IMG/VR virus record: IMGVR_UViG_3300012943_000690
Location: 1 to 36,215 of that record
Reading direction: 5' to 3' (one strand)
Length of the DNA stretch: 36,215 bases
Source of the DNA: a virus
Lineage: Duplodnaviria > Caudoviricetes
The notes under the pieces are model-generated. The model searched no databases and had not been told where the DNA came from. It worked only from the letters and a program-made list of their open reading frames with translations. Shown piece by piece: positions 8,437 through 16,138 of this stretch; within the stretch, counting starts at the first letter, position 1, and the number at the start of each line of letters is the position of its first letter. The position numbers and the translations under genes were made by a program.

Positions 8437-9069
8437 CTACGGCCTATAGCTGTGATGTTCCACCATCGGGCCGATAATCATGCCCCGACGACTATTCTCT
8501 AGCGTGTGAAAGCCAAACAATTCGTTGAGCGCATATAACTCAATGATTTTTGGCGAATGGCTTTTGATGCGGAATTGCTTGAACGTGGTTTCGCCCTCGC
8601 CATCTAGACGTGCCACCACAAAATCGCCGGGCACGGGCTCAATAGCTGGGTCAATAATAACCACGTCACCTTCCTGAAATCTGGGCAGCATGCTTTGGCC
8701 TGCAATTTCAAGGGCGAAGGCTTGTGAGCTCACCTTGGTATCGCAGCCGATCTGTCGCTCGAACTGCCCGTGCGAGACATGCGCCTTCCAGTCCCCGGCT
8801 TGGACACGGGAGATCACCGGCACCGTCGCCACCGCGAGCACCTGGGCCTCCATCGGGCCAATGCCCTCTGCTAGCCATTCGGCCCGCACGCCAAGGGCGC
8901 GGGCAATGGTGGGAGTGAATTTGCTGGATTGATTCCGGCCCGTGAGGATTTGCTGAATGACCTGCTGTGAGACCTTTTGGTCCCGGGTTGAGGCCGCCTT
9001 TGCAAGCTGGGGTTGGTTCAGCCCAGATCGCTCCATTGCCTGTACAAGGCGATCACACAAGTTACTCAT
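8437..9069 (-). CDS. cI: CI-type repressor (HTH plus S24 autopeptidase)
   Basis: N-terminal HTH (LNQPQLA...SQQVIQQI..G); Ala-Gly cleavage site VQAG; catalytic GQSM and TFK; divergent from cro. Confidence 0.93.
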   Translation of the reverse strand: MSNLCDRLVQAMERSGLNQPQLAKAASTRDQKVSQQVIQQILTGRNQSSKFTPTIARALGVRAEWLAEGIGPMEAQVLAVATVPVISRVQAGDWKAHVSHGQFERQIGCDTKVSSQAFALEIAGQSMLPRFQEGDVVIIDPAIEPVPGDFVVARLDGEGETTFKQFRIKSHSPKIIELYALNELFGFHTLENSRRGMIIGPMVEHHSYRP

Positions 9070-9154
9070 GGGCGAAATCTACAACAAAGGTTGTTAACCG
9101 TCCCCACAAGTGATGTTGTTGACGATAAACAACCATTGTTGTATATCGTTGAGG
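9070..9154. promoter_or_regulatory. OR region: PRM and PR with three operators
   Basis: Operators at 9081-9094 ACAACAAAGGTTGT, 9106-9119 ACAAGTGATGTTGT and 9129-9142 ACAACCATTGTTGT; PR TTGACG-N17-TATATC; PRM -10 TAGATT (9076-9081, minus strand). Confidence 0.85.
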
Positions 9155-9412
9155 ATGGCACACGACCCAAAGAACCAACTGGTTGAAGCGGCCCGCATTT
9201 GCGGCGGCCAAGCCCCTCTTGCGCGAGAGATTACGGCACTGCTTGGCAGACCGGTCACCCAGCAATGGGTCTGGAACGTAATCAAACGCGAACATCAACC
9301 CATCCCCGCAGAATGGTGCCTGCCCATAGAGCGCGCCACCAACGGCGCAATACAGCGTCATCAACTTCGCCCCGATCTCTATCCAGCACCAAACACATCG
9401 GAGGCCGCATAG
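9155..9412 (+). CDS. cro: Cro-like repressor (YdaS/P22 Cro-like)
   Basis: GGQAPLAR..VTQQWVWNV..IPAEWCLPIERATNGAIQRHQLRPDLY; divergent from cI. Confidence 0.88.
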   Translation: MAHDPKNQLVEAARICGGQAPLAREITALLGRPVTQQWVWNVIKREHQPIPAEWCLPIERATNGAIQRHQLRPDLYPAPNTSEAA

Positions 9413-9430
9413 ATGGCGCGGGCTCCACAA

Positions 9431-10063
9431 TCAGGTTGGGGGAGCGCCCCGCAGTCGGGCAACCTCACCCGGCAATTCATAGACGTAGCGAAGAAACATC
9501 TCGGTGAAATACCGGAGCGGGGTGGCGTCAGCCGCCTCGAACTCGTCGGAATCGTGGATTGCCTCATTGCCACCGACCCGAACGTGATCCGCCCAGTCTC
9601 GAAGGTCTTGGGTCAATTTTCCGTTTTTGGCCATCCAAGCCAGTCGCGCAGCCATGAGCATTTTGGGGGCGTCGGGCACCATTTCCTTCGTCGCAATATC
9701 CAGCGCCGAACGATACATAGCGGCAGCCGAGTTCCAACTCTGGCGATGAAAGGCTTGCTCCCCTTCTATAAATCGCCTGCCGATGGATTGGGGGCAATGC
9801 ATTGGTGCGCCAATCTTCGGGGGCTTGGGCCAGCACGCAACTATAAGATACTTGTCTGTCACGGAGCCCGACACCTCGGACGGCCTGACCGACCCGCGCA
9901 CATTTTCTACGGCGGTAAAACAAATCGGCGCCGAACAGTTTCCGCATGTTGCAAGACAGTTGTGCATTGCATTGCCGAGGTCTTCCGTGCGCGTCGAAAA
10001 CACAACCTGAAAGGCAACCTTTTCGGTCCCGCAATGCGGGCAACTGGTAGCGAGTACAGCCAT
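9431..10063 (-). CDS. DUF4145 (HEPN-like) protein with N-terminal Zn ribbon; antisense moron
   Basis: CPHC...CGNC; SAAAMYRSALD; HEPN-type RVGGNEAIH motif. Confidence 0.85.
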   Translation of the reverse strand: MAVLATSCPHCGTEKVAFQVVFSTRTEDLGNAMHNCLATCGNCSAPICFTAVENVRGSVRPSEVSGSVTDKYLIVACWPKPPKIGAPMHCPQSIGRRFIEGEQAFHRQSWNSAAAMYRSALDIATKEMVPDAPKMLMAARLAWMAKNGKLTQDLRDWADHVRVGGNEAIHDSDEFEAADATPLRYFTEMFLRYVYELPGEVARLRGAPPT

Positions 10064-10271
10064 GTCTAATCCCCAAATTCGCTCTGAAGTGAATCACATT
10101 ATCAACAAGGCGGAGGTCGCGACAGACGCTTTTGCCGAATTGGTTAGTCTTTACGACCATCAGCATGACGCTACCCGTCGCGCCACGATCTTCGCCGAGA
10201 CCATATCCACACTCCTTTCTTCAAGAGATGTACTTCGCAAGCGCCTCGAACTGTCGGGGGGCATAAAATGA
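10062..10271 (+). CDS. Hypothetical protein
   Basis: 69-aa helical ORF in the PR operon orientation. Confidence 0.55.
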   Translation: MSNPQIRSEVNHIINKAEVATDAFAELVSLYDHQHDATRRATIFAETISTLLSSRDVLRKRLELSGGIK

Positions 10272-10335
10272 TCGTCCAACACAATGTGATTTCCAATTCG
10301 CGCCGCCGTCTCCCCACGTCCTGCGGCGCGGAGCA

Positions 10336-10380
10336 GGGGCGGGCAGGGGCTTCCCCTTCCTCCTGTCCGCCCCATTATTT
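10336..10380 (+). terminator. GC-rich hairpin, tR-like terminator candidate
   Basis: GGGGCGGGCAGG pairs with CCTGTCCGCCCC, followed by ATTATTT. Confidence 0.5.
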
Positions 10381-10399
10381 CAGCACACGGGCTCGATAG

Positions 10400-10720
10400 A
10401 TGACGAACTATTCCATCCGCGAGCAAAACGTGTTCCACGCATTCCACGGCGTGAGCGATGACGAGGATGCCATCGAAGAAGCAATGGCAGTTTACCTTCG
10501 TCACGCCGAAGATCGCGGCAAGCTGGTAGCCGAACGCCTTGCCCTCGAATGGCTCGAATTTAAGGCGGTCATTACTTATCTGCTCAGAATGGCTGCCGCA
10601 GTTTTTGGCAAATCCGAGATCCCGGACGGCCTGAGCGAGTTCATGCGCGACCGCTGGTATCACTGGCGCTTCCCGGCGAACGGAAGTGGAAAAACTCCAT
10701 TCGCAAGGGGCACCGCCTAA
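10400..10720 (+). CDS. Hypothetical protein
   Basis: 106-aa ORF in the operon orientation. Confidence 0.65.
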   Translation: MTNYSIREQNVFHAFHGVSDDEDAIEEAMAVYLRHAEDRGKLVAERLALEWLEFKAVITYLLRMAAAVFGKSEIPDGLSEFMRDRWYHWRFPANGSGKTPFARGTA

Positions 10721-10845
10721 TGCTTTCAACGTCTTTACTCGCATACAAATTGGATGACCACGCTGCAACGTGGCCTTCCGATACATTCATCAATTCAAAA
10801 ATCAAGGAAGCATCAGCACCTCAGGGATCAACCTGGGGTAAACTG

Positions 10846-11208
10846 ATGCAGTATGCACGCGGGCCATATGCCCGAAAGAATCGCGGCAATTCGCGAAACG
10901 TTCTTCTGAGCAACCGAGACACGGCCCATCTTTGCCAAGAAGTGATCCACGCCACCTATGACGGCGAGCAATCTGTTGCCAAGGCGGCCGCAGATGATAG
11001 CGGCATGTCGCCGAAGGCGGCAGAGAATTGGATGGCCGCCGACAATCCCATGAGCCTGACGGCGTTTCTCAACGCCTATCACCGCAACCCGACATTTAAA
11101 GCGTGGTCGCGGAAAATATTGCTCTTGGAAGAAGACTTAGACCCGGCATTTCAAGCCGAGCTTCACAGATTCATTGCAGCCGCACAGCGGATAGGGAGAA
11201 CGGCATGA
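10846..11208 (+). CDS. Putative HTH regulator (CII-like position); start may be 10720
   Basis: AKAAADDSGMSPKAAENW resembles an HTH; lies between cro and the replication genes. Confidence 0.55.
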   Translation: MQYARGPYARKNRGNSRNVLLSNRDTAHLCQEVIHATYDGEQSVAKAAADDSGMSPKAAENWMAADNPMSLTAFLNAYHRNPTFKAWSRKILLLEEDLDPAFQAELHRFIAAAQRIGRTA

Positions 11209-11414
11209 GCTATCGACAGTTCGAGCGCCTACCGGCCCGTGAATATGCCCTGCGTTTCGAGCGCACACATCGCCAATTGCGCACAGAGCTTTCCATGCCT
11301 GAGCCTGAGCGGACATTCATTGAGACGCCCGGAAAATACAGCGGTGCGTGGCTCGTCTTTTCGTTCGGCCTCGGCGTCGCGTTTTGGATCGGGCTTGGCG
11401 CCATCTTCATGTAG
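11205..11414 (+). CDS. Small protein with C-terminal TM helix
   Basis: GGGAG RBS, ATGA overlap, hydrophobic C-terminus. Confidence 0.65.
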   Translation: MSYRQFERLPAREYALRFERTHRQLRTELSMPEPERTFIETPGKYSGAWLVFSFGLGVAFWIGLGAIFM

Positions 11415-11470
11415 CGCCCATTTCACAAGCACTTCATCAATCACATAACCGCAGAAGGCGGAACCGGGGC

Positions 11471-11881
11471 ATGGGCGTTAAATTTTCACTAGACAGATAC
11501 AAGGTAGAGCGCAAGGCGATTGCGGATAAGGAGCTTGTGCTCACGCTCCCGCATTTGCCGCCATCCACCAACGAGCTTTACGCGAACATCCCAGGCAGGG
11601 GCCGTGTCCGAACATCCAGGTACAACGCATGGATTGAATCGGCCTCGTTGATTATTCAAAACCAGTGCAAGGGCAGGGTGACCGGCAGGGTGGAGTTCAA
11701 AATCCTCGTTGAAGATTGCCACCCGCGCCGCGATGCCTCGAACATCACCAAGCCCGTTGAAGACCTGTTGGTAAAATGCGGCATCCTTGAAGATGACCGC
11801 TCCAAATATGTGCGTGGTGGCGGAACGTATTTTGCCGATGTGAAGGGTATCCGCATCGAGATAAAGCGGGTGGCGGCATGA
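11471..11881 (+). CDS. rusA: RusA-family Holliday junction resolvase
   Basis: LPPSTNELY...RRDASNITKPVEDLLVKCGILEDD. Confidence 0.85.
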   Translation: MGVKFSLDRYKVERKAIADKELVLTLPHLPPSTNELYANIPGRGRVRTSRYNAWIESASLIIQNQCKGRVTGRVEFKILVEDCHPRRDASNITKPVEDLLVKCGILEDDRSKYVRGGGTYFADVKGIRIEIKRVAA

Positions 11882-12453
11882 CCGTTGTGGCCTCGAATTA
11901 TGCGCCCGCTAAAAACCACCTTTACCAAACGGAGGCATGGGGCACGGAGGCCTTGGTGCGGCGCTTCCCGGTTGCCGGACGGAGGGTCTGGGAGCCTGCT
12001 GCTGGCAATCATCACATTGCAGATGTGCTGCGCAGACATGGTGCAACAGTCCATACAACTGACATTGCCACATATGATCGGCAGCATGACGCAATTTTTG
12101 ATTTTCTGGACCCAAATGCCCATCACGATCCAGACTTCGACGATCTCTACACAAACCCGCCATATGGCAAAAGCAACCGTCTGGCTGTCCAATTCGCGCG
12201 GCTGGCCTTGGAACGCTGCAAAGGCACTGTGGCGCTACTGCTGACGGCTAAATTCGATTTCGGCAAGACGCGGGTAGACCTATTCCGCGATAATCCGCGC
12301 TTCATCGCCAAAATTGCCCTGCTTGATCGCATCCAATGGTTTCCCGGCGATCACGGCGGGACCGAAGATCACGCTTGGTATGTGTGGGGTCCGTCACCGG
12401 GTTCGCAGACGCGTGTTGCCGGGATCCTTTACGAAGGAAAGGTGGCGGCATGA
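11878..12453 (+). CDS. Orphan DNA amino-methyltransferase (probably N6-adenine)
   Basis: Motif I variant WEPAAGNHHI and catalytic motif IV TNPPY. Confidence 0.88.
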   Translation: MTVVASNYAPAKNHLYQTEAWGTEALVRRFPVAGRRVWEPAAGNHHIADVLRRHGATVHTTDIATYDRQHDAIFDFLDPNAHHDPDFDDLYTNPPYGKSNRLAVQFARLALERCKGTVALLLTAKFDFGKTRVDLFRDNPRFIAKIALLDRIQWFPGDHGGTEDHAWYVWGPSPGSQTRVAGILYEGKVAA

Positions 12454-12941
12454 GCATTAATAATCGCTGGAAAAGCACTGAGTTTCAAAAGTCAGGGGGA
12501 TGGGATAGCCCGCGCGTTGACATGCTCAAAGCACTATCTGAGGAAGGATATTCCATTGCCCAGATCGCCGCGAAGATTGGCAATGGTGTTACACGCTCCG
12601 CTGTTGGCAAGCACGCCTATCGCATAGGCCTCAGGTTTAGAGGCGGCGTGCGCGAGCCTGTTAAGGCGAAGCCCAAGCGCCCCGTCGTCACATCCGCGGA
12701 AGCCAGGGTTAGGGGTGCCGCAGGTCGCCACACTCTCAACGGCATGAAATTCGCCGCCGATGCTTCGGCCACCGTGATCCCGCTCATAGAGCTGGAGCGC
12801 CATCAATGCCACTGGCCGCATGGGCACCCTGGCGAGCCTGGGTTTGGGTTCTGCGGCCAGACGGTGAAATCTGAATCACCGTACTGCGCCACCCATCATG
12901 CACGCGCATATCAGGTGGAAACTAAAGCGAGGGTGGCATGA
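12450..12941 (+). CDS. gcrA: GcrA-family transcriptional regulator
   Basis: W...RVDMLKAL.EEGYSIAQIAAKIGNGVTRSAV...RIGL HTH and LIELERHQCHWPHGHP...FGFCG......PYCATHHARAY C-terminal domain. Confidence 0.9.
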   Translation: MSINNRWKSTEFQKSGGWDSPRVDMLKALSEEGYSIAQIAAKIGNGVTRSAVGKHAYRIGLRFRGGVREPVKAKPKRPVVTSAEARVRGAAGRHTLNGMKFAADASATVIPLIELERHQCHWPHGHPGEPGFGFCGQTVKSESPYCATHHARAYQVETKARVA

Positions 12942-13318
12942 CAGCGCTCACTCCCGGCCAACGAACAGCCCTCCTCTGGGTCAACAAAGCCAGAGGCCCT
13001 GTCACCATAGCGGACTTCCCACTAGATATGACGCTCTCCACGCTGCGCATCCTCTCGGAACGCGGACTGCTAGCAATCACGGTGGATATGACGCCATCGG
13101 GCACACGTGCAGTTTTGACCACCTTGGAGAACATGGAGCGGACAAAGTTTGCGCACCTGCGCAAGAGCCTCGCAGACCAGCGTGCAGCGGCCTGTGCCAG
13201 GCGAGCAGCGTTCCAGCATGCCGCAACCCCTATGGAACCGTCCACGCTCTCGGCGCCCTCTAGGGACGCGCTTATGGGCGGCAGAGCGCGTCCGCGCCGG
13301 ATAGTAGGTGCATCATGA
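12938..13318 (+). CDS. Hypothetical protein (possible winged helix)
   Basis: ATGA overlaps on both sides. Confidence 0.65.
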   Translation: MTALTPGQRTALLWVNKARGPVTIADFPLDMTLSTLRILSERGLLAITVDMTPSGTRAVLTTLENMERTKFAHLRKSLADQRAAACARRAAFQHAATPMEPSTLSAPSRDALMGGRARPRRIVGAS

Positions 13319-14103
13319 CTGAGTGGGTACGCTTCTATCACGACACCCCGACCGATCCGAAGTGGCGGGTCATAGCCCGCAAGTCAGGCCAGCGCATCGG
13401 TGATGTGCTGGCCATTTGGTCCATCGTTCTGACAAACGCATCCGCGAACGCAAACGAACGCGGGCGAACGCTCAATCTCGTTCACGAGGATATCGCCGCT
13501 GCTTTGGACCTCGAAACAGAACAGGTTGATGCGATTTTGGCCGCGATGGAAGGCAAGGTCATCTGCGAGGGTAAATTGAGTGGATGGGAAAAACGTAATC
13601 CAATCAAGGAGGACGGTGCAGCCGAACGGGCCAAACGCTGGCGCGAACGCAAACGAACGCAAGCGAACGGTGCGAACGCTACAGATACAGATACAGATAC
13701 AGAGACAGATGTAGAGAAAGAAGGAAGGAAGATTGCAAGGTCCGCTGACGCGGACGAAATCGCTCCCGCCATCGAAGCCTATAACCTCGTTGCCGAGGAA
13801 CACGATTGGCCGAAGGTCCAGTCCGTGACCCCAAAGCGACGCTCCGCGCTCAAAGCCCGACTTCGTGAAGTTGGCGGTATCGGAGGCTGGCGAGCCGCAA
13901 TGGCCAAGGCCAGCGCATCCTCGTTCCTCCGCGGCGAGAGTGGCCGCGGCAAAGGACACGAGGCATGGACGCCGGGATTTGATTTTTTCACGCAGCAGTC
14001 AAGCTTTACGAACCTGATGGAGGGCAAATATGACGATCGACAAGGGGCCGCAAGCATTCGGTCAGCTCATGACACCTTCCTCGCAGCAGCCGCGTCCATT
14101 TGA
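13315..14103 (+). CDS. Phage replication initiator (O-like)
   Basis: WVRFYHDTPTDPKWRVIA N-domain, R..RWRERK, TDTDTDTE linker, C-terminal FDFF...LMEGKYDD; internal repeats. Confidence 0.8.
   Translation: MTEWVRFYHDTPTDPKWRVIARKSGQRIGDVLAIWSIVLTNASANANERGRTLNLVHEDIAAALDLETEQVDAILAAMEGKVICEGKLSGWEKRNPIKEDGAAERAKRWRERKRTQANGANATDTDTDTETDVEKEGRKIARSADADEIAPAIEAYNLVAEEHDWPKVQSVTPKRRSALKARLREVGGIGGWRAAMAKASASSFLRGESGRGKGHEAWTPGFDFFTQQSSFTNLMEGKYDDRQGAASIRSAHDTFLAAAASI
13443..13716 (+). repeat. Candidate replication origin iterons
   Basis: CGCGAACGCAAACGAACGC at 13443-13461 and 13642-13660; CGAACG units about every 10 bp; ACAGAT hexamer run from 13681. Confidence 0.65.
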
Positions 14104-14545
14104 GCGCGACGAGATGCCAAGCCGTTCGAGAACGGTCGCGGCGTTGCTGGCTGGGCTGACCGGGCATTTCTACCGGCCAGAAATGGCGCAAGGCTTGGCA
14201 AAGCAGGTGCTGTTGGACTTCATCGAGGACCTTGCGGACTTCGACATTTCGGACATCGAGGCGGCGGTCAAAACCTATCGACAAAACCCGGTGAATAAGA
14301 AATTCCCATCGCCGGGGCAGCTTCGTGAGCTTGCGATTGTAGCACAACGTGAGCGCCGCGCCCGTGCCGAGCATCAAAGCTCGACACCCCGATCAGTCCA
14401 ATTTGAGCGCCCAAACCTGTGGTGGATGATACCGCGCGAGCATTGGTCTCGCTTTGGCAACTGGATGGAATCCGAAGTCCCATGGGGCGAAAAGATCAGA
14501 CACAATGGCGTGTGGCGCTTCGCGGATGATGGGAGGCACGCATGA
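14030..14545 (+). CDS. Putative helicase loader/replication accessory protein (P position)
   Basis: Follows the initiator; EDLADF....IEAAV..YR.....FPSPGQLR pattern; start uncertain. Confidence 0.55.
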   Translation: MTIDKGPQAFGQLMTPSSQQPRPFERDEMPSRSRTVAALLAGLTGHFYRPEMAQGLAKQVLLDFIEDLADFDISDIEAAVKTYRQNPVNKKFPSPGQLRELAIVAQRERRARAEHQSSTPRSVQFERPNLWWMIPREHWSRFGNWMESEVPWGEKIRHNGVWRFADDGRHA

Positions 14546-14967
14546 CAGCAGCCCTCCGCAAAACACCAGATCACCTTGTCGCCGGGATCAACGAAACATG
14601 GGATCGTATCTCAGCCGCCCGCGAGTGCCTGCGCCGCCTGCCAGACATGGACGCCCGGTATATGGGCTACGCCATGCTCTCGTGGCCTGGGATGCTGGCT
14701 GAGAGGCATATCGACTATCCCAATGAGCGCACCCGCATACGGATGCCACCGCCCAACGCAGCCGCCATCACACAGATGGAAGAGGCCATGGACTGGCTCA
14801 TGTGGCTTGGAAAACTGGACCGTGACGCGGCTAAAACCGTGTGGCTTTGTTGCGGGATTGGCCTTCAATCTTCCCGCGCGGCGAAGATCATGGGTGCGCA
14901 CAGAGACACAGTTCGGCGCTGGCGCCATCGCGGCCTCCTCGCCATCGTTGTGCAATTCCAAAAATAG
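14542..14967 (+). CDS. DUF6362-like HTH protein, putative late-gene regulator (Q position)
   Basis: LRRLP..WP..PNAAAITQMEEAMDWLMWL..VW..C-terminal sigma4-like HTH; last gene before the late region. Confidence 0.65.
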   Translation: MTAALRKTPDHLVAGINETWDRISAARECLRRLPDMDARYMGYAMLSWPGMLAERHIDYPNERTRIRMPPPNAAAITQMEEAMDWLMWLGKLDRDAAKTVWLCCGIGLQSSRAAKIMGAHRDTVRRWRHRGLLAIVVQFQK

Positions 14968-15030
14968 TTCTTGCACCCATACGGCATTTACGGCACTTTA
15001 CGGCACCAAATCACCACAGGCTGAAGTATT

Positions 15031-15065
15031 GCGCCCACGCTCCACAAGAGCGGCGGGCGTTTTAT
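15031..15065 (+). terminator. Intrinsic terminator (tR'-like)
   Basis: GCGCCC-A-CGCTC CACAA GAGCG-GC-GGGCGT followed by TTTAT. Confidence 0.6.
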
Positions 15066-15331
15066 GCATTCAGGCTGGCAATCACCTCGGCAGCTGAATT
15101 CTGGATCAGAAATGTTTCTGTCTCGCCCTCCGCTGCCGGGGCTCGCAGCAACCTGACAAGGGCCCCGGAGGCAGGCGAGCCGACGGCCAGGTCGTAATCG
15201 TAGTTCATGCGCTCAACCCTCAGTGAGGGTGTGATTGAGAGTATCTCGGCTGCGAGCTTTTTGGCCCGCTGCAATCCTTCGTCGTGCGACAGGCCCAGCG
15301 TTTCGAGGCTCTCGTATCGCAGTTTCTGCAT
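15062..15331 (-). CDS. Hypothetical antisense moron protein
   Basis: MQKLRYESLE... 89 aa with plausible composition, converging on the terminator. Confidence 0.5.
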   Translation of the reverse strand: MQKLRYESLETLGLSHDEGLQRAKKLAAEILSITPSLRVERMNYDYDLAVGSPASGALVRLLRAPAAEGETETFLIQNSAAEVIASLNA

Positions 15332-15396
15332 CGTGAAGGCCCTCAGCGGCTGTTTCTTACGGCAGCTATTATAGCCGAAAATCAAGGAAATCTAGC

Positions 15397-15684
15397 ATGT
15401 CAACGGCAATGCCCACCTTCCGCACAGACGCGGAGGCAGATTTGTATGCGGAGAGGCACCGCCCGTTCGCCCGCGCGCTTACAAAGGATGTTTGCGTAGC
15501 GCTGGTATATGCCGAGCGTTATGGCCGAAGGGCCGCGCAGTCCACCTGGGACGGATTTTATGCCGCCCACGACGGCGACGACCACCGCCTCCATCTCAGC
15601 ATGATCGCACTATCCCACCGGCTGTTTATCGACAGGCCGGATTTATTCGAACCCAAAGACAGACCACATGGCCAAAAACGGTAG
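15397..15684 (+). CDS. Hypothetical protein
   Basis: AAGGA RBS; overlaps the terS start. Confidence 0.6.
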   Translation: MSTAMPTFRTDAEADLYAERHRPFARALTKDVCVALVYAERYGRRAAQSTWDGFYAAHDGDDHRLHLSMIALSHRLFIDRPDLFEPKDRPHGQKR

Positions 15685-16138
15685 ACCGACCGCTTATTCA
15701 GCCGCTGCGGTTAAGCAGGCCAAGAAGTTGTGCGAACTGGGTGCAACAGACGAGGATTTAGCCGACTTCTTCGAGGTTTCTGTCCGGACAATCTACCGCT
15801 GGCAAACCCAGCATAAGGAGTTTTGTCAGGCCCTAAAGGCGGGCAAGGCTGAGGCGGACGACCGGGTTGAGCGCAGCCTGTACCACAAGGCCGTTGGCTA
15901 TCGTCACGAAGCCGTGAAGATCTTCATGCCTGCAAACGCACTGGAGCCAGTGTATGCGCCATACACCGAACAGGTTGCGCCTGACACGACGGCGGCAATC
16001 TTCTGGCTGAAGAATAGACGCCCGGCTGAATGGCGAGACCGCCAACAGCACGAGCTATCAGGTCCTGACGGCGGGCCAATCCCGTTTGAGCGCATCGAGC
16101 GTGTAATCGTTGACCCGGCCAAGAACGCTAAGGATTGA
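15668..16138 (+). CDS. terS: Terminase small subunit
   Basis: GRPTAY..LCELGATDEDLADFFEVS..TIYRW HTH; PDTTAAIFWLKNR; SGPDGGPI. Confidence 0.9.
   Translation: MAKNGRPTAYSAAAVKQAKKLCELGATDEDLADFFEVSVRTIYRWQTQHKEFCQALKAGKAEADDRVERSLYHKAVGYRHEAVKIFMPANALEPVYAPYTEQVAPDTTAAIFWLKNRRPAEWRDRQQHELSGPDGGPIPFERIERVIVDPAKNAKD

Noticed and set aside
10268-10399. 43-codon ORF bridging two genes
   Set aside because: It runs through a GC hairpin and its composition is not protein-like; it may be only a coupling peptide
1655-14545. Many proteins ending in ...AA or EAA
   Set aside because: Explained by SD plus ATGA translational coupling (e.g. GAGGCGGCATGA-type junctions), which is ordinary in phage operons
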